NCBI RefSeq assembly: GCF_963921235.1
Contig: NC_086118.1
Coordinates: 28,398,001-28,462,000, forward strand
From: Mobula hypostoma
Lineage: Eukaryota
Length of the DNA: 64,000 bases
Direction: 5' to 3'
Shown here: positions 39,601 through 52,681 of the stretch, piece by piece
Layout of the letters: the number at the start of each line of letters is the position of its first letter
Numbering within the stretch: the stretch's first letter is position 1
Notes under the pieces: generated by a model
The model's database searches: none
What the model was told of the DNA's origin: nothing
The model's input: the letters and a program-made list of their open reading frames with translations, nothing else
Position numbers and translations under genes: made by a program

Positions 39601-40370
39601 CATATAGCTAGTCTGTCATTGTTAAAGTCTGAGGTGAACTCTATGTAAAGCATATCAAATGTATGACTTTCAATATTACTTAAGAAATTTAGACATGTTA
39701 GGGTCTCCTTTTATAGTCCATGTTGGGTGTACTTATTTATCCCGACCTCCTAAACTATTATTACTGTTATTCTTTTTTCTAGTAACCAACCACAAGAGAG
39801 GTTAGTTTTACAGAATTACTTGATCTATCTTTTTCTTCCTTTTAAAACTGGCGCCTGCTGCTACATTCACAGAAACTAGAAATGTTGGAAAGTGATGGTC
39901 AGAAACAATTATTTCTTCTATTCCCTCATCACTCTGGGAATCATTTCATCTGTGCCTGGCACATTAACTACTCTATTAGTGTTAAATCCCTTTATTTACA
40001 CTTTTTATCCTGCCTAATGCATGCCATTTCTATTCTCTCATGATGCCTGGTTCCCTGCGAAGTAGATGATTAAAAGGAATTACTACGTGACATTGTCATA
40101 TCTCACATTGCCACAAACAGGTCATTCCTTGTTTACATAATAGTTTGGGTTTTCTTTAATTTTTACTGCCAACATTATTTGCACACTTACTATTTCTTTC
40201 ACCCTTTTTGTTACATTCGTGTAGACTTTGGTTGTCTCTACTACTCTAAACTAATCTCTTTAACATATTGATAACATGTAGATAAGATACTGTTTTCTGT
40301 AATACTCCTCCTCTCAGTAATTATCAATTTACTTTTAAACTGTTGTCTTTGTACTCCTTTCCCTCTAGTT

Positions 40371-42977
40371 CAGGGTTCGGCAACCTTTTTGCCTCTGTTG
40401 GCTGGATCAAGTATGAATGAGCGGATGGTGGGCCAGATAAATGCCATAAAAACTTGAAACATGGGAATTATCCATTTAAATACATATAGTTATGTTTTGC
40501 CTCAAATTAATGAATAATGCATGCTAGAATCATTTGTGCTTAACCAGGGATGCCATTTAGTAATCAAAGAACTCAGTTTAGTTGCAACTTATTTCAATCA
40601 AGGCATCTTTTGAATCTATTAAAAGGACACAAAGAATCTTTAAACATAAAACGTATGAACATGATGCATTGAATGGTGGTAAATTAAGTATAATAAAAAA
40701 GAAAATTTTAATGCAAACAGTCGATAAATCAGTGTGAAACTTGATGCTGTTTGTTGCTTGAAAGCTTCTCAATATTGGGTGTCAGACTTGTTGATGCCAA
40801 GAGCAAGACATTATCCAGATGGGCATCAGTCAATCTTGTTCTCAAATGGTTCTTGGTGTGCTTCATTTTTGAAAATAATTGCTCACACAGATTAGTACTG
40901 CCAAACAATGATGCCATCTTTTTTGCATGGTCTACTAAGTTAGGATACTTCCCACTTGGATGAATATATTTTCTATAGAAGTCAAGCACTGACAGATCTT
41001 CAGAATGAAATTTCGATCTCAATATGTCGTCACACCTCACTTCAATCAATTCCATTTGAAAAATTTCTGATGCAGTGTCGACTTCCACATCAAATGGAGT
41101 AGCAAACAGCTTGAACTCATTTGCATGCAAGCGAAAATCAGCAAAATGAGATGAAAACTCTTTTCTCAATTCTTGGACCATATTCACAAAATGCCTGGAT
41201 CTTGTGCTTTACTTTTTTGAAAAGTGGGAAAGTGTGCACAATTTCCTTTTTGAAGCTGGTACACCCACAATTGCAGCTTTCTTTCAAAGGCCACAATATG
41301 ACTATACATCTCATGTATCAGCTGATTTTTTTTCCTTGAAGTTGTAAATTCAAGTTATTTAAATGAGATGTAATGTCCACGAGAAATGCCAAGGTTGCAA
41401 GCCAATCAGGATCACAAAAATGTGAAGCATCCTCATTTTTGCTTTCAAGGAATATTGCCACCTCTTCATGCAATGCAAATACTCTTTTCAGCACTGACCC
41501 TCAGCAAAGCCAGCATACATTGCAGAAATAAGCCAAGTCCCCATATTCTGCCTCCGTATCCAACAAAAACTGCTGAAACTGGTGATGAATTAATCCATGA
41601 GATAGAATCAGATTCACTGCATTTACAACACTGTCCATACATCCTTTAATTTCAAAGACTTGACACATAATGCCTCTTGATGGATAATGCAATGAATTTT
41701 AACCGGTTTCTGTGTGATTCCAAGGTTTTCCATTTGTCTTTGCAGCAATGTGAAGATGCCTTTTTTCTGTCCCACCATTGCTGGTGCCCCATCAGTTGTG
41801 ATGCCAATTAGCTTCGACACAGTTTCATTTCTGACATCATTTTCAGCAAAGCTTCAAAAATGTCTGCTCCAGTAACCATGTCCTTCATAGGAATTAATTG
41901 AATAAACTCTTCAAAAATTTGAAAAGTTGAGGTCACTTCTCGCACAAACTCTGCAAGTTGAGCAGTGTCTCTCAAGTCTGTGCTCTCATCAAGCACAAAT
42001 GGAAAAAAAAAACTTGCAATTTGTTGCAGGCATCCCTTAAACAACTTTTAACATCTGCTGACATTTCTTCAACTCGCCATGTGATCGTTCTTGCTGACAG
42101 GCTGATAGATGCAAAGTATGATTTCTTTTTTAGGATAAACAATATCCACCACTGCCAGTAAACATTCTTTGACAAACTCTCCATCTTTAAAAGGCTTGGT
42201 CTTTTCTGCAATACGTTTTGAGACTTCTTAGCTGGCATGGGTATTTCCTTCATTTTCACTGCTTTTCTTAGCAAAAATAATGTTTGTTTTCCAAAACTAG
42301 CCTTCATTCGCTCAACTTCATCTTTCCTCGCTTCCCTAGTAGACTTGTTAAAATTTCCACAATGCCGGGTCTCATAATGTCGCCTGATATTTGCCACCTG
42401 CTTCACAGCAACATTTTCTAGGCAAATGAAACAAACTGGTTTCTCAGCTTGCTTGATGAAGAAGTAATCTAGTGTCCAAGCGTCTTGGAAATTTCTGCAC
42501 TCAGTGTCTACCTTCCTGCATTTTGCTTTCATTGCCATTGGAATTTTTTTCTTCGATTTTATTTCAAAACACGAGTTATTCAATGAGTATCGTAGCACAT
42601 GTAAATATCTGGATATTTAGTGTGGATTTCTTGTTAAAACACAGTGACGCTGTATCTGTTTACAAATTTGAATGATCCCATCTGAAAACCTGTGCGTGCA
42701 CGGAGAGTATCTAATACATATTAATAAGGTAGTCTGCCTTCCCATCATTCGTATATACCAGTGTTTGGTTTGGAACAAAACGGAACCTGGGGCCAGTGTA
42801 ACAAGATGCCATGCATGTCCATCAGTGTGGACGCGTGAAACACTCAGAATAAGGAAAAATCGCTCATGGGCCGGAAAAGCATAGTATCCCAATATTTGCT
42901 CATGGGCCGGATAAGCATAGTATACCAATATTTGCTTCGCGGGCTGCATGTGGCCTGTGGTGGGTTGCCTACCCCAG
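40371..42977 (-). mobile_element. Full-length hAT transposon, Buster/Charlie/SPIN (GTF2IRD2-like) group; transposase pseudogene ~42540->40729
   Basis: Perfect 8-bp TSD CTCTAGTT (40363-40370, 42978-42985); TIRs CAGGGTTCGGCAACC / GGTTGCCTACCCCAG. Motifs RKVDTECRNFQ..W, PVCFIC..NIRRHYETRH, LDESTD, TTDGAPAMVG, HCIIHQEAL, FGSTNLCEQLFSKMK. Confidence 0.95.
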
Positions 42978-44439
42978 CTCTAGTTTTATGCTTTAACTTA
43001 CGCGTTGTACACAATTTTAAAAAGTCATCTCCTTCAGTCATTTAACTGATCATAATTAAAACAATTGACTTAAATATGTGGATAAAGGAACTTTCTAAAG
43101 GAAATGATACTTGGAAACACCATGTGCTTCTGTCTGCTTGTCTGCATCAGGACACGACTTGATTTTCCACATTAAATAAGAAGTGAAAATAAGCACATTT
43201 TACTGCCTCTGCAAATGGTAGTTTTTCTTGTAACAAAGTTTTTAGCGTAAAACAGACAAATAATAAAGAAGATCTAAAGGCAGAAGTAGGAAACAATTGA
43301 TCGGCTTGATTAGCTTCTCCTGAATATTGCTGGAGCCTTGATCGTTATAAAGTAATTTATCAATTGCAAGGCTCATTCGGGGATTTGGTGGAATGCTTGT
43401 CTTCTGGTTGGACTAACAGTATCTGCAAACATGAAGTTCATTACTATCCATGTTAGAATGGTACTCTCAAACATAATTCTGGAACTGTGCCTAGTATATA
43501 CTTGCTTTTATAATCAACACTGAAGCACACAATACTTATGTGGGAACTAGACTTAAGCATCTAACAATTCAGTTGAATTCAGTGATCCATGGAGATGCAT
43601 CATATTAATAGATAATAACTTTAATTTTGTAATGTGTCTAGATAGTTGTCATTATAATTAGTTTAAAACAAAGGAAATTTCCAATATTGAAAAGGCTTAA
43701 TTACAAATAATAGACTTTATTGACAGGGAAGGAGACAGCAATAATCCAACAGGACATTTAGGAGGATGTATTTTTGATATTATTTTTCCAGTTGACAGCA
43801 TGAGCTGATCCCAAGTCCAAGATCAGCAATCAAAGGTGGTCTTTATATCTTAAGCTATTGAGTAAGTTTTAAAGATATTGGTACCATCTAAACAAACAGC
43901 ACAAACTCTATACCAGCTGAGTCATGACTCTGATAATAATTTAAGTTATGGGTTGCCAGTTAAGGAGCAGGTGTTTTGGTTTATGTGAAATTTGCGTTAC
44001 TATATATTTTAAGATAATGTTGCATTTTTCTCTTAGTTTGTCGGCATTAGATAAATATTTTCATTTTTAAGTGTTCCATTGAGTTTAGATTAATTGCAGT
44101 AAAGGAAGAAACATGTTTGTAAACTCTTGTTTCCAGGTTAAGTTAAGCTGTCCTTCTCATCCAATATGATGAAAAAGAACATTTAACTTTTTCTGTTTGT
44201 ACTTTAAATTATCAGAATACCCACCTCAGTAAACCTCACACAATTAAAATATGGCATTTTCCTGTGAACCTCAGAAAGTATTGTAGCAAACACAGGTGGT
44301 TTGAAAAGGTGCAACATCCTGTGACAAATCTCTTTTAAAATGTATTTTAATGGTACTAATTGGTGTATGCAAGTCTCTCAGTTCAAAAGTTTGCACTCTG
44401 CATTGCTCTCTGTGGAGAAACCGTTTTACTTTTGTAAAC

Positions 44440-44560
44440 CCGAGAAATTCTACAGATGCTAGAAATCCAAAGCAAGGGTCCCAGCCCAAAATGTCGACTG
44501 TTTATTCATTTCCATAGATGCTGCCTGACCTGCTGAGTTCCTCCAGCATTTTATTTTGTG
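44440..44560. repeat. Penelope-like terminal repeat remnants
   Basis: CAGATGCTAGAAATCC followed by GGGTCCCAGCCCAAAATGTCGACTG...GATGCTGCCTGACCTGCTGAGTTCCTCCAGCATTTT. Confidence 0.65.
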
Positions 44561-45119
44561 TCTGTAATCCAACCACCAGAGGGAGTTGATGATAATAGAT
44601 TCCCAACAAGGATTACCATAAAGTGAAAACTCCCAGTCTCATACATTACCTTCAGTATTTATAAGCCCTTCAGTGTTTTCTCAGTCAGGTGATCTTCAGC
44701 CTCTATCCCAGCCTGACCACGTGTGAAGGAAGCTTCCTGCTATTTACTGTAACAGCTGCCCTCACTCCAGTTACCGGCAGTTTAATCCAAGTGTGATTCT
44801 TAACCAACCCCATGAGCAGCACTTGCTGATTGTACGGCCAACTGCTCAGGATCAGCTGGAAACTTCTGTCGAAGTTCAAGCTCCAGTGATTTTAAAATGT
44901 TTGCTTTTGGTAATACTGACCTGGGCAAAAAATGTTGATAAACTATATCTTGTGACTGAGACATTAGCTACTTAAAATTGAGGAAATACTGTACCATTTT
45001 GTTTGATGCACAAAATACCTTCAATGATTTTTGGTGGCATCACTTTTGAACAAATTATTTAGACCAGAGAAATTGAGAAGTTTTAGTTTGTTAGCATTGT
45101 TTACCATTTATTGTTTATT

Positions 45120-45395
45120 TACTTTTATTTATTTAGAGATATAGCGCAAAACATGCCCTTCCAGCTACTCTGCCCAGCAACCCACCTATCTAACACTAGC
45201 CTAAGCACAGGGCGATATACAATGACTAGTTAACTTACTAACCTGTATGTCTTTGGACAATGGGAGAAAACTGAAGGAAATCAATGTGGCCACAGGGAGA
45301 ACATATGAACTCCTTACTGGCCATGCCACAATTGAACTCTGACCTCCAGAATGCCTCGTGTCATAAGAGCTTCACGCCAGCAGTTTCACTGCCAC
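45120..45395 (-). mobile_element. V-SINE/HE1-like SINE
   Basis: Same family as 34715-34955 (AATTGAACTCTGA, ACAATGACT, (TTTA)n tail). Confidence 0.65.
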
Positions 45396-47109
45396 AGCAG
45401 TTCAAATGTCATTCCACCTTCATGTTTGTTTCTGGCATACTGCTTGTTTTTTTTTCTCTCTCTGTTCATTTCTGCATCATTGACTTCCTGTGCACTATCT
45501 GCATCTCTGTCACAGGAGTTGAAGTTCATACGTTAAATTAGAGTGAAAACCTTTTGTGAGTTTGTGTTAGTAGATCAGGTCTCAAAGAATTGTTTCAACT
45601 GAAGTGGATCAGTTTGTGTAATACTTTTACCTACGATAGTCATTTGACCCATTTCAGATTTGCTGATTCTGTTCCCTTTTTGATAGTGGAAGATGATGAC
45701 CTCTTTAGAGCCCTGAGGACAGAGAAATACAATAGGTCCACTAGTGAATCAGTGAATAAGTCAAACTGGCTGCCCTTTCACTTCCTGGTGCCTGTGTTCT
45801 TAAATTGCTCCCCTTCCCCCACCCCCCACCCTTGCTATGAAAGAAAATAGGCCCTTCCTGTAGACCTCAGATTCATCCACCTTAGTTAAAATCTTCTGGG
45901 CCTCTAATGTTACAAAAGCAATAACCACAATCTGACCAATCTACCTCCATAATTAATTATTTCCAGCCGTGACAATATCCTTGTCGATCTTCTGAGCACC
46001 TTCTCTGGTGCAATCACTTCCTTTCAGTGGTGTGGAAATTCAAAATATTCTCAATTACTAGTTTAGCTTCTCCACGCCTGGTCCTCACTTTGCAGTGCCC
46101 TCTGGGATGAAGTTCTAGGGCCACTGCAAGCCCTAGCCCTGAACTTTCACCGTTCTCTCCTTCATGGATGAGAGGATGAGATGCTCTTTCAATTCAATCC
46201 CAGCTTCCTTATCTGATGTCATTAATGATTTTCTCTCCTCAAATAGTTGACCCTTCCCCCTTCCAAGTGTCAATATCATTTCCTCAAGAAAAAGTAATAA
46301 TTGCCCTGCTCCAACTTCACTTCCTTACCAAAATCTTGAAGGCTTTGCAATCGTCCAAAGCGATGGCCATTTTTCCCAAAAGAATACTTAATTCTTCCAA
46401 TCACTTTAGGGCATTACAATGCAACCTTGCATTTCTTACCTCTCTGGACAAGGCATAGATAGTCAATCCATCCTACTCGAACAGTAGATATCTGACCTCA
46501 TCATTCTCCTTCACCTTGTCCACTAGCTGGAAGTGATGCCACCCACATGATTCCTTTCTTACCTATCCAGTCAATAGCATTGACTTCTTCACCATAGCTA
46601 GTCTTGATGTCTCCCATGATCTACCCTAGGTTAGAAAAAGCTCTTTGATGGCATTATCTAATAGTACAGTGTCCATTTTTGCATGTCCATATCTTTCCTG
46701 ATTCCTCCATTGCTTATAAATGATCGAACAACTAGTCCAACATGAGGAACTTAACAAGCAGAAACTTGTGCCAACCAAATATCATAAAGACTGATGCCTT
46801 GACATAAATGTGTTCAATTCCAGCTACGAACTCAGTATCCAAACATCTGGCCCTGTTGCTCATGCTGTGTCTGTCTGAAACTAAACCAGACAGTTTCAGC
46901 CAGTGGTGTCATTTTCAGTTCGGAGATAAGCTTTACATCAAGGGCTGTCTTTTTACACCTTATGTTCCCAACTTTGCCCCTGGCTCATTCTCACTGTTGA
47001 AACTCTAATGCAGGACTTTGGTAACCATTTAGCTTGATTTCTTCAATCTATTTGGTCTGGCTCCCTTTTTCTGCCCTGAGTATATGATAATATCCACAAC
47101 TTTGCTGCC

Positions 47110-48320
47110 CACAGAATGGAGGAACTCAGCAGGTCAGGCAGCCTTTATGGAGAGGAATAAAGAGCCATAATTTCAGGCCGAGCTCCTTCATCAGGACTGG
47201 AAAGGAAAGGTGAAGAAGATAGAATAAAAAAGTGAGGGGGAGGGGAAGGAGAGCAAGCTGCTACCAATGTCCTAATTTACATATATCTATTTTAGGACTC
47301 TTACCCTCGCTTTGCAGTCTTTGTAACCTCTGCTGCTTCTTATCTCTATAATCTCCAGATCTGAAACTATCAAGTTGCTCAGCCCTTCCAGTCCAGTCTT
47401 CTTCATCTTATGCTGACAGTTCCTTTGCTCTGAATTTCCACCCCTAATGCCCTTCTGTAGTTCTTGGTTTTATATAAAACTTCATAAAGCCTATCATTTG
47501 ATCAATACTCTTAGAGTGATGACTTAAATGTTGCCTGCTGATCTCCTGTGAAGCACTTTGCAATTTAAGAGCACTACCTGCCTATTCGCCTCCTCCCTCG
47601 CCAAACAGGGCATCATACAGTCCTTCCAGGTTGGGGTTGTCTACTGTATCCAGTGCTCCCATTGCGATCTCCTGCACATTGGTGAGACCCGACATAAATA
47701 GGGGGACTGTTTGTCGAGCACCTCTGCTCCATCTGCAAAAGTGGAATTTCCCAGTTGCCAATTCCTATCCACATTCACATTCTGAAAGTCCATGGCTTCC
47801 TCTTCTGCCATGACGAGGCTATTCTCAAGGTGAAAGAGCAACTTCTCATATTCTGTCTAGGTAGCCTCCAACCTGATGGCATGAACATCGATTTCTCCTG
47901 GTAACTTCTTTTCCATCCTCCTTCCCTCTTCTGTTTCCCAGTCTGACCTCTTCACTCGTCTCCTCACCTGCCTATCACCTCCCCCGTGCCCCTCTTCCTT
48001 CACTTTCTCCCAAGGTCCATTCTTCTCACCTATCAAGTTCTTTCTTTTCCAGCCCTTTGCCTCTTCCACCTATCACCTTTCAGCTTCTTACTTCATCCAC
48101 CCTTCCCCCACCCACAAGGCTTCACCTAGAACCTTCCAGCTTGTCTTCCTTCCCCTTCCTTCACTTTTTTTATTATAGCAACTTTCCCGCTGTTCCATTC
48201 CAGTGTTGATGAAGGGTCTTGGCTCAAAACATTGACTGTTTATTCATTGTCTGAACTGCTGTGTTCCTACAGCATTTTGTGTGTGTTGCTCTGGATTTTC
48301 AGCATTTACAAAAATCCCTT
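47110..48320 (+). mobile_element. Penelope-like element remnant: GIY-YIG endonuclease fragment (47630-47900), pyrimidine-rich tract, terminal repeat (48200-48320), inverted terminal-repeat copy upstream (47110-47260)
   Basis: GVVYCIQCSHCDLLHIGETRHK*GD..EHLCSIC and EQLLIFCLGSLQPDGMNIDF match the Penelope GIY-YIG endonuclease. Terminal repeats lie in opposite orientations. Confidence 0.82.
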
Positions 48321-48934
48321 GTGTTTACTATAAGGGTGAAGTTGATTTTATTGGTAAGGAAGAAATAGGAATGCTTGGCAAGTCAGTCAAGCCTTAAATG
48401 AGGAAGATTGGAACTAGATCACAAGATACAGGCAACCCATTTGGCAAATGGAACTTGAACGAAAATAATTCCAAAAATAAAATTTACAAGGCATTTGTTG
48501 ATTAGAGAATATAAAGTTTAAGTTTGTTCACAACCGTTCAGTCATTGTTGTGCAACATTAAGCAGGTTTTGGTGAGCTTTAACCCACTGAAGTATCTTGG
48601 AATTTTGACTGAAAGATTGGAGCAACAGATGTGGGAGCAAGTGTGAAAGAAATTATACCCTGTTCAGATGACAAATATATTCCATACATGGATCCCTGGA
48701 TTAAACTATTGTATAATTAGTTGCTGAACATTAGTGGCAAATCCCCAATGTTCGGACCACTTAGAGGAGAATATCTGGGGGCAAACCTGAAACATGGAGC
48801 ATCAATTTGTTTTATTTTGTACTTATTTATATGTTGGTTAATGCATTACTATATGCAGAGAATCCTGGATGATTATGGAAATCCTACTGCTTATAGTACA
48901 GGGGAAAATAAAATAACTTGCTAACTTTCCGAAG

Positions 48935-49672
48935 TTTAAAAAGTTCAAAGTAAAATTTATTATCAAGCTACAGTATGTATATGTCACAATATACCACCTG
49001 AAGGTCATTCTGTTTAATGTCAAATGAAAAACTCTTGCAGAGGGAGATACAGATGCCCAGGTTCTGGAGTTGTTAACTAGAACTGAGTGTTGAATGCTGA
49101 ACTGTAATCAATAAACAGCAGCAGTTGTAAATATTACTATTGTCCAGATGATTCAATGCCAACTTGAAAGCTAGTGAGATTGTATTTGCTGTAGACCTAT
49201 TGTGGTAATAGGCAAATTGCAGGGGTCCAGATCCTTGCTTATGCCAGAGCTGATTCTAGCCATGTCCAACCCCTCAAAGCACTTCATTACATTAGATGTT
49301 AGTGCCACTGGGTGATAGCCGTTGAGGCAGCTCGCTCTGCTCTTCTTGGGCACTGGTATGATTGTCACCATTTTGAAGCAGGTTAGAAACTGCAACTACA
49401 GCATTGAGAGATTGAAGATGTCCTTGAGCACTCCCACCAGTTGATTGGCATGGGTTTTCAATGCCCGAACAGTTACACCATCAGGGCCAACACCTTGCGA
49501 AGGTTCATCCTCTTGGAGGATGTTCTGATGTTGGCTTTTGAGACCGAGATCACAGAGTCATCAGATGCTGCAGGGATTTGCACAGAGGCAGTTTTAATTT
49601 CCCTTTCACAGTCTGCATAAGATGTGTTGCGCTCATCTGGGAGTGAAGCATCACAGCCATTTATGATGTTAG
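48935..49672 (-). mobile_element. Rex/Babar-type LINE, 3' part (host of the Gypsy insertion), internally deleted
   Basis: IIPVPKKSRASCLNGYHPVALTSNVMKCFE; tail at ~48940; reading frame continues from 55653-56030. Confidence 0.85.
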
Positions 49673-52643
49673 TGTTGTGTATTTAACATTTCAGTAATAT
49701 TTGAGTAATCTTATAAATATATTGTTTGATTAAGTACTTGTGTTTATATAATTGATTATGGTTACATGAATGAATACGTGAATTGCATATGTCACCATGC
49801 TACCACGGGATACATGAGTGCCTCGCTAAAAGTAAAAGATAAAGTTAGACCTGCATTAGGTACTTTCTTAAAATGAACCCAAGACAGCTATCGACCTGTT
49901 GAAGTGCAGTGAAACATTTGAACTAAATAAAAGCAGCAAGGGATGGTCAGTAAAAAAATACGGTGCTGCACATGTAGAGATTGTCGAGTTTAATGAAATG
50001 GTAGCAATTGGAAAAATTCAGTTTCATAAACAGTGAGTATCATGTGATAATAATCATAAAAAAGATCAGAAATGGCTGGCTACATCGGAATGCAGAATCA
50101 AATATCGCTGTGATGATTGTATGCTCTTGTATCAATTGTTTGGCGACAATAAAGCAAAGTATAAAAATATTTGATTGTATAACAGATAACTGTACTTTAT
50201 ATATTGAACAAATTGAACAATATTGTTGAAGCGAATGGAATAGCCAATGAGAAACAAGTACCAATTTTGCTGAGTGCATTGGGTTTAAAGGAATACAGTT
50301 TGTTTCAAAGTTTAACTGTTCCATCCTATCCAGGAGAATTGAGTTTTGGCGATATTGCTAAAATAATGCGGGAGTGGTTAGAACCAAAGCCATTGTTGAT
50401 CGGAGCACTTTAAGTTTCATAAGTGGGATCAAAAGGAAGGAAAGTCCATTTCGGCATATGTGATTGAATTGAAGAAGGTGACTGAGCATTGTTGGTTCAT
50501 TGATGGTCTTAGTGATGCACTGAGAGATAATTTAGTTTGTGAAATCTTAAAAGAAGCATTCAAAAATGGCTCCTAACTGAAGCACAATTCACATTAAAAA
50601 AAAACAGTTGAAATCACTGTTTCAATGGAAACTGCAGGAAGAGATTTAATTGAGTTTCAGTGAGGAATGAAAGTGAGCATGAACAAGTCTGCAATACCTA
50701 AACAGAAACCAGCCTGACCGAACAAATTGTGTTAACGTTGTGACAGGGACTCACATACACCAAACAAATGCAGATTTAAAAGCAAAACTTGCAGAAAGTG
50801 TAACAAAGTAGGCCGCATACAAAGAGCATGTCAGGCAGACATTAAAAATGGCATGCCCAGGGAAGAGGAAAGATTAAAAAGTCAAATTGCAGCTTTGAAG
50901 TGAGCACTAATCTTCATGCTGTTGGTGAAAAATCTGATAAAGATGGGAGTGACACAGGACGTGTGTAGTCTTGAGATTTACTATGTAAAAACTAGCAATA
51001 GACAAGCAATATGACTTACAGCAGAAGTGAAGGGTGAATTAATTAAAATGGAAGTGACACTGGTTCAATTGTTTCAGACATGCCACAAAATGAGTTTAAG
51101 AGGCATTTCAAAGATATTAAACTGAAGCCTACAGATATCCAACTAAGAACATATAATGGACAAAAATTAACTCCTGTGGGAATGACATTCGTAACAATGA
51201 AGCACAATGACCAACAATCCTCATTGAGCTTCCATCTGGTAAAAACAGGAGGACCAGTATTGTGGGGATGTGAATGGCTGAGACAACTACAACTTGATTA
51301 GATGTCCATCCACCAATTGCATGCCATATCCCTTGCAATGAAGCAAACTAAGAGCAAATTAAGAAAGGTACTGGATGATGCTACAACAGTGTTTAACGTA
51401 TGGCATTGGAAAACTCTAACATATCAAGGGTAAACTAGTGTCAAATGAAAATGCCACACCCAAGTGTTACAAGGATTATCTGGTTCCCTGTACTATCCGT
51501 GATAACATAGCTGGTGAGCCAGACTGCATAGAGGCTAAAGGGATTATTTCCATGTTTGAGTGGAGCCTGTGGGCAATGCTAGTAGTCCCAGTTGCCAAGA
51601 AGAATGGGTTTATCAGGATCTGTGGTGATTTTAAAGTCACCAACAACCCAGTACTGAAAGTAGATCAATACACTCTGTCCAGCATAGAGGATATCATTGC
51701 AAACCTTTCTGGAGGGAAAGATTTCAGCAAAGTGGACTTGGCTAAGGCCTAGCTGCAGACAGAGATGAAAGAAGAGTCCAAAGTGTTTCTCACTGTAGGC
51801 ACTCACAAATGGCTTTATCACTCTAATAGTCTTATTTTTGGAGTAGCATCTGCACCTGAACTCTTTCAGAAAGCTATAGACCAGGTGCTGCAAGGCTGCC
51901 CAAGCAGTCAGTGAGACCCAGATGACTGCATTGTTACAGATAAGGATGACTAAGAACATCTCCAAAACCTCAAGATAATGTTAAAAGATTGAAGATTATA
52001 GGTGTAGAGCACAATGTGACAAGCGTGAGTTCTTTAAACCAAGAATTGTTTATTGTGGTCACACTGTTGTTGCAGAAGGATTACACAAATGTGCTGTGAA
52101 AAGTCTAGCAATTTTGGATACCCCAAGGACAAAGGGCCTGTCAGTGTTGTAGTTCTTTTGAGGATTTGTCAACTACTATAACAGGTTCCTGCCAAACCTG
52201 ACTACTGTGGTCCACCCCTTGAACTCATTATTGTAGAACAGGAAGAAATGGCAAAGGACAAAGCAATGTGAGAAGGCTTTCAAAAAGGTAAAGGAAATGC
52301 AGACATCAGACACTGCGCTCACACATTATGATTAATTTTGATGCCTTGTCTTATGGTATACTGTAGGTACATTCATGTCACATGCTGTGAGTGATGGAAG
52401 TAAATGCCCCATAGCCTTTGCATCAAGTTCCCTTACCGCTGCAGAGAAAAATTATACACAGATTAACAGAGGGGGGCCTTGAGTCTGGTTTGGGTGTAAA
52501 ATGTTTTAACCAGTACTTGTATGGGAGAGAGCTTACCCTCGTTACTGGTCTTGGGCCAAAACGTTGACTGCTACTGACACTTTGATCTTGTACTCTTCCT
52601 CCTATCCCCAAACCTTCTTAATCTGACTTCTCCCCTTCCTGTC

Positions 52644-52681
52644 CAGTCCTGATGAAGGGTCTTGGCCCGAAATGTCGACTG
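52644..52681 (+). ncRNA. Minimal type I hammerhead ribozyme motif in a Penelope-like terminal repeat (repeat ~52545-52775)
   Basis: CAGTC-CTGATGA-A-GGG(tcttgg)CCC-GAAA-TG-TC-GACTG: stem I CAGTC/GACTG, core boxes CUGAUGA and GAAA, stem II GGG/CCC, UC cleavage site. Activity is not shown. Confidence 0.7.

Noticed and set aside
40729..42598. Domesticated GTF2IRD2/ZBED-like host gene
   Set aside because: Multiple frameshifts plus TIRs and a TSD show it is a decayed transposon.
42862..42933. CRISPR-like 36-bp repeats
   Set aside because: Two adjacent copies with no spacer, inside a eukaryotic transposon end.
46100..46660. Possible Penelope RT remnant upstream of the GIY-YIG fragment
   Set aside because: No unambiguous RT motif could be read.
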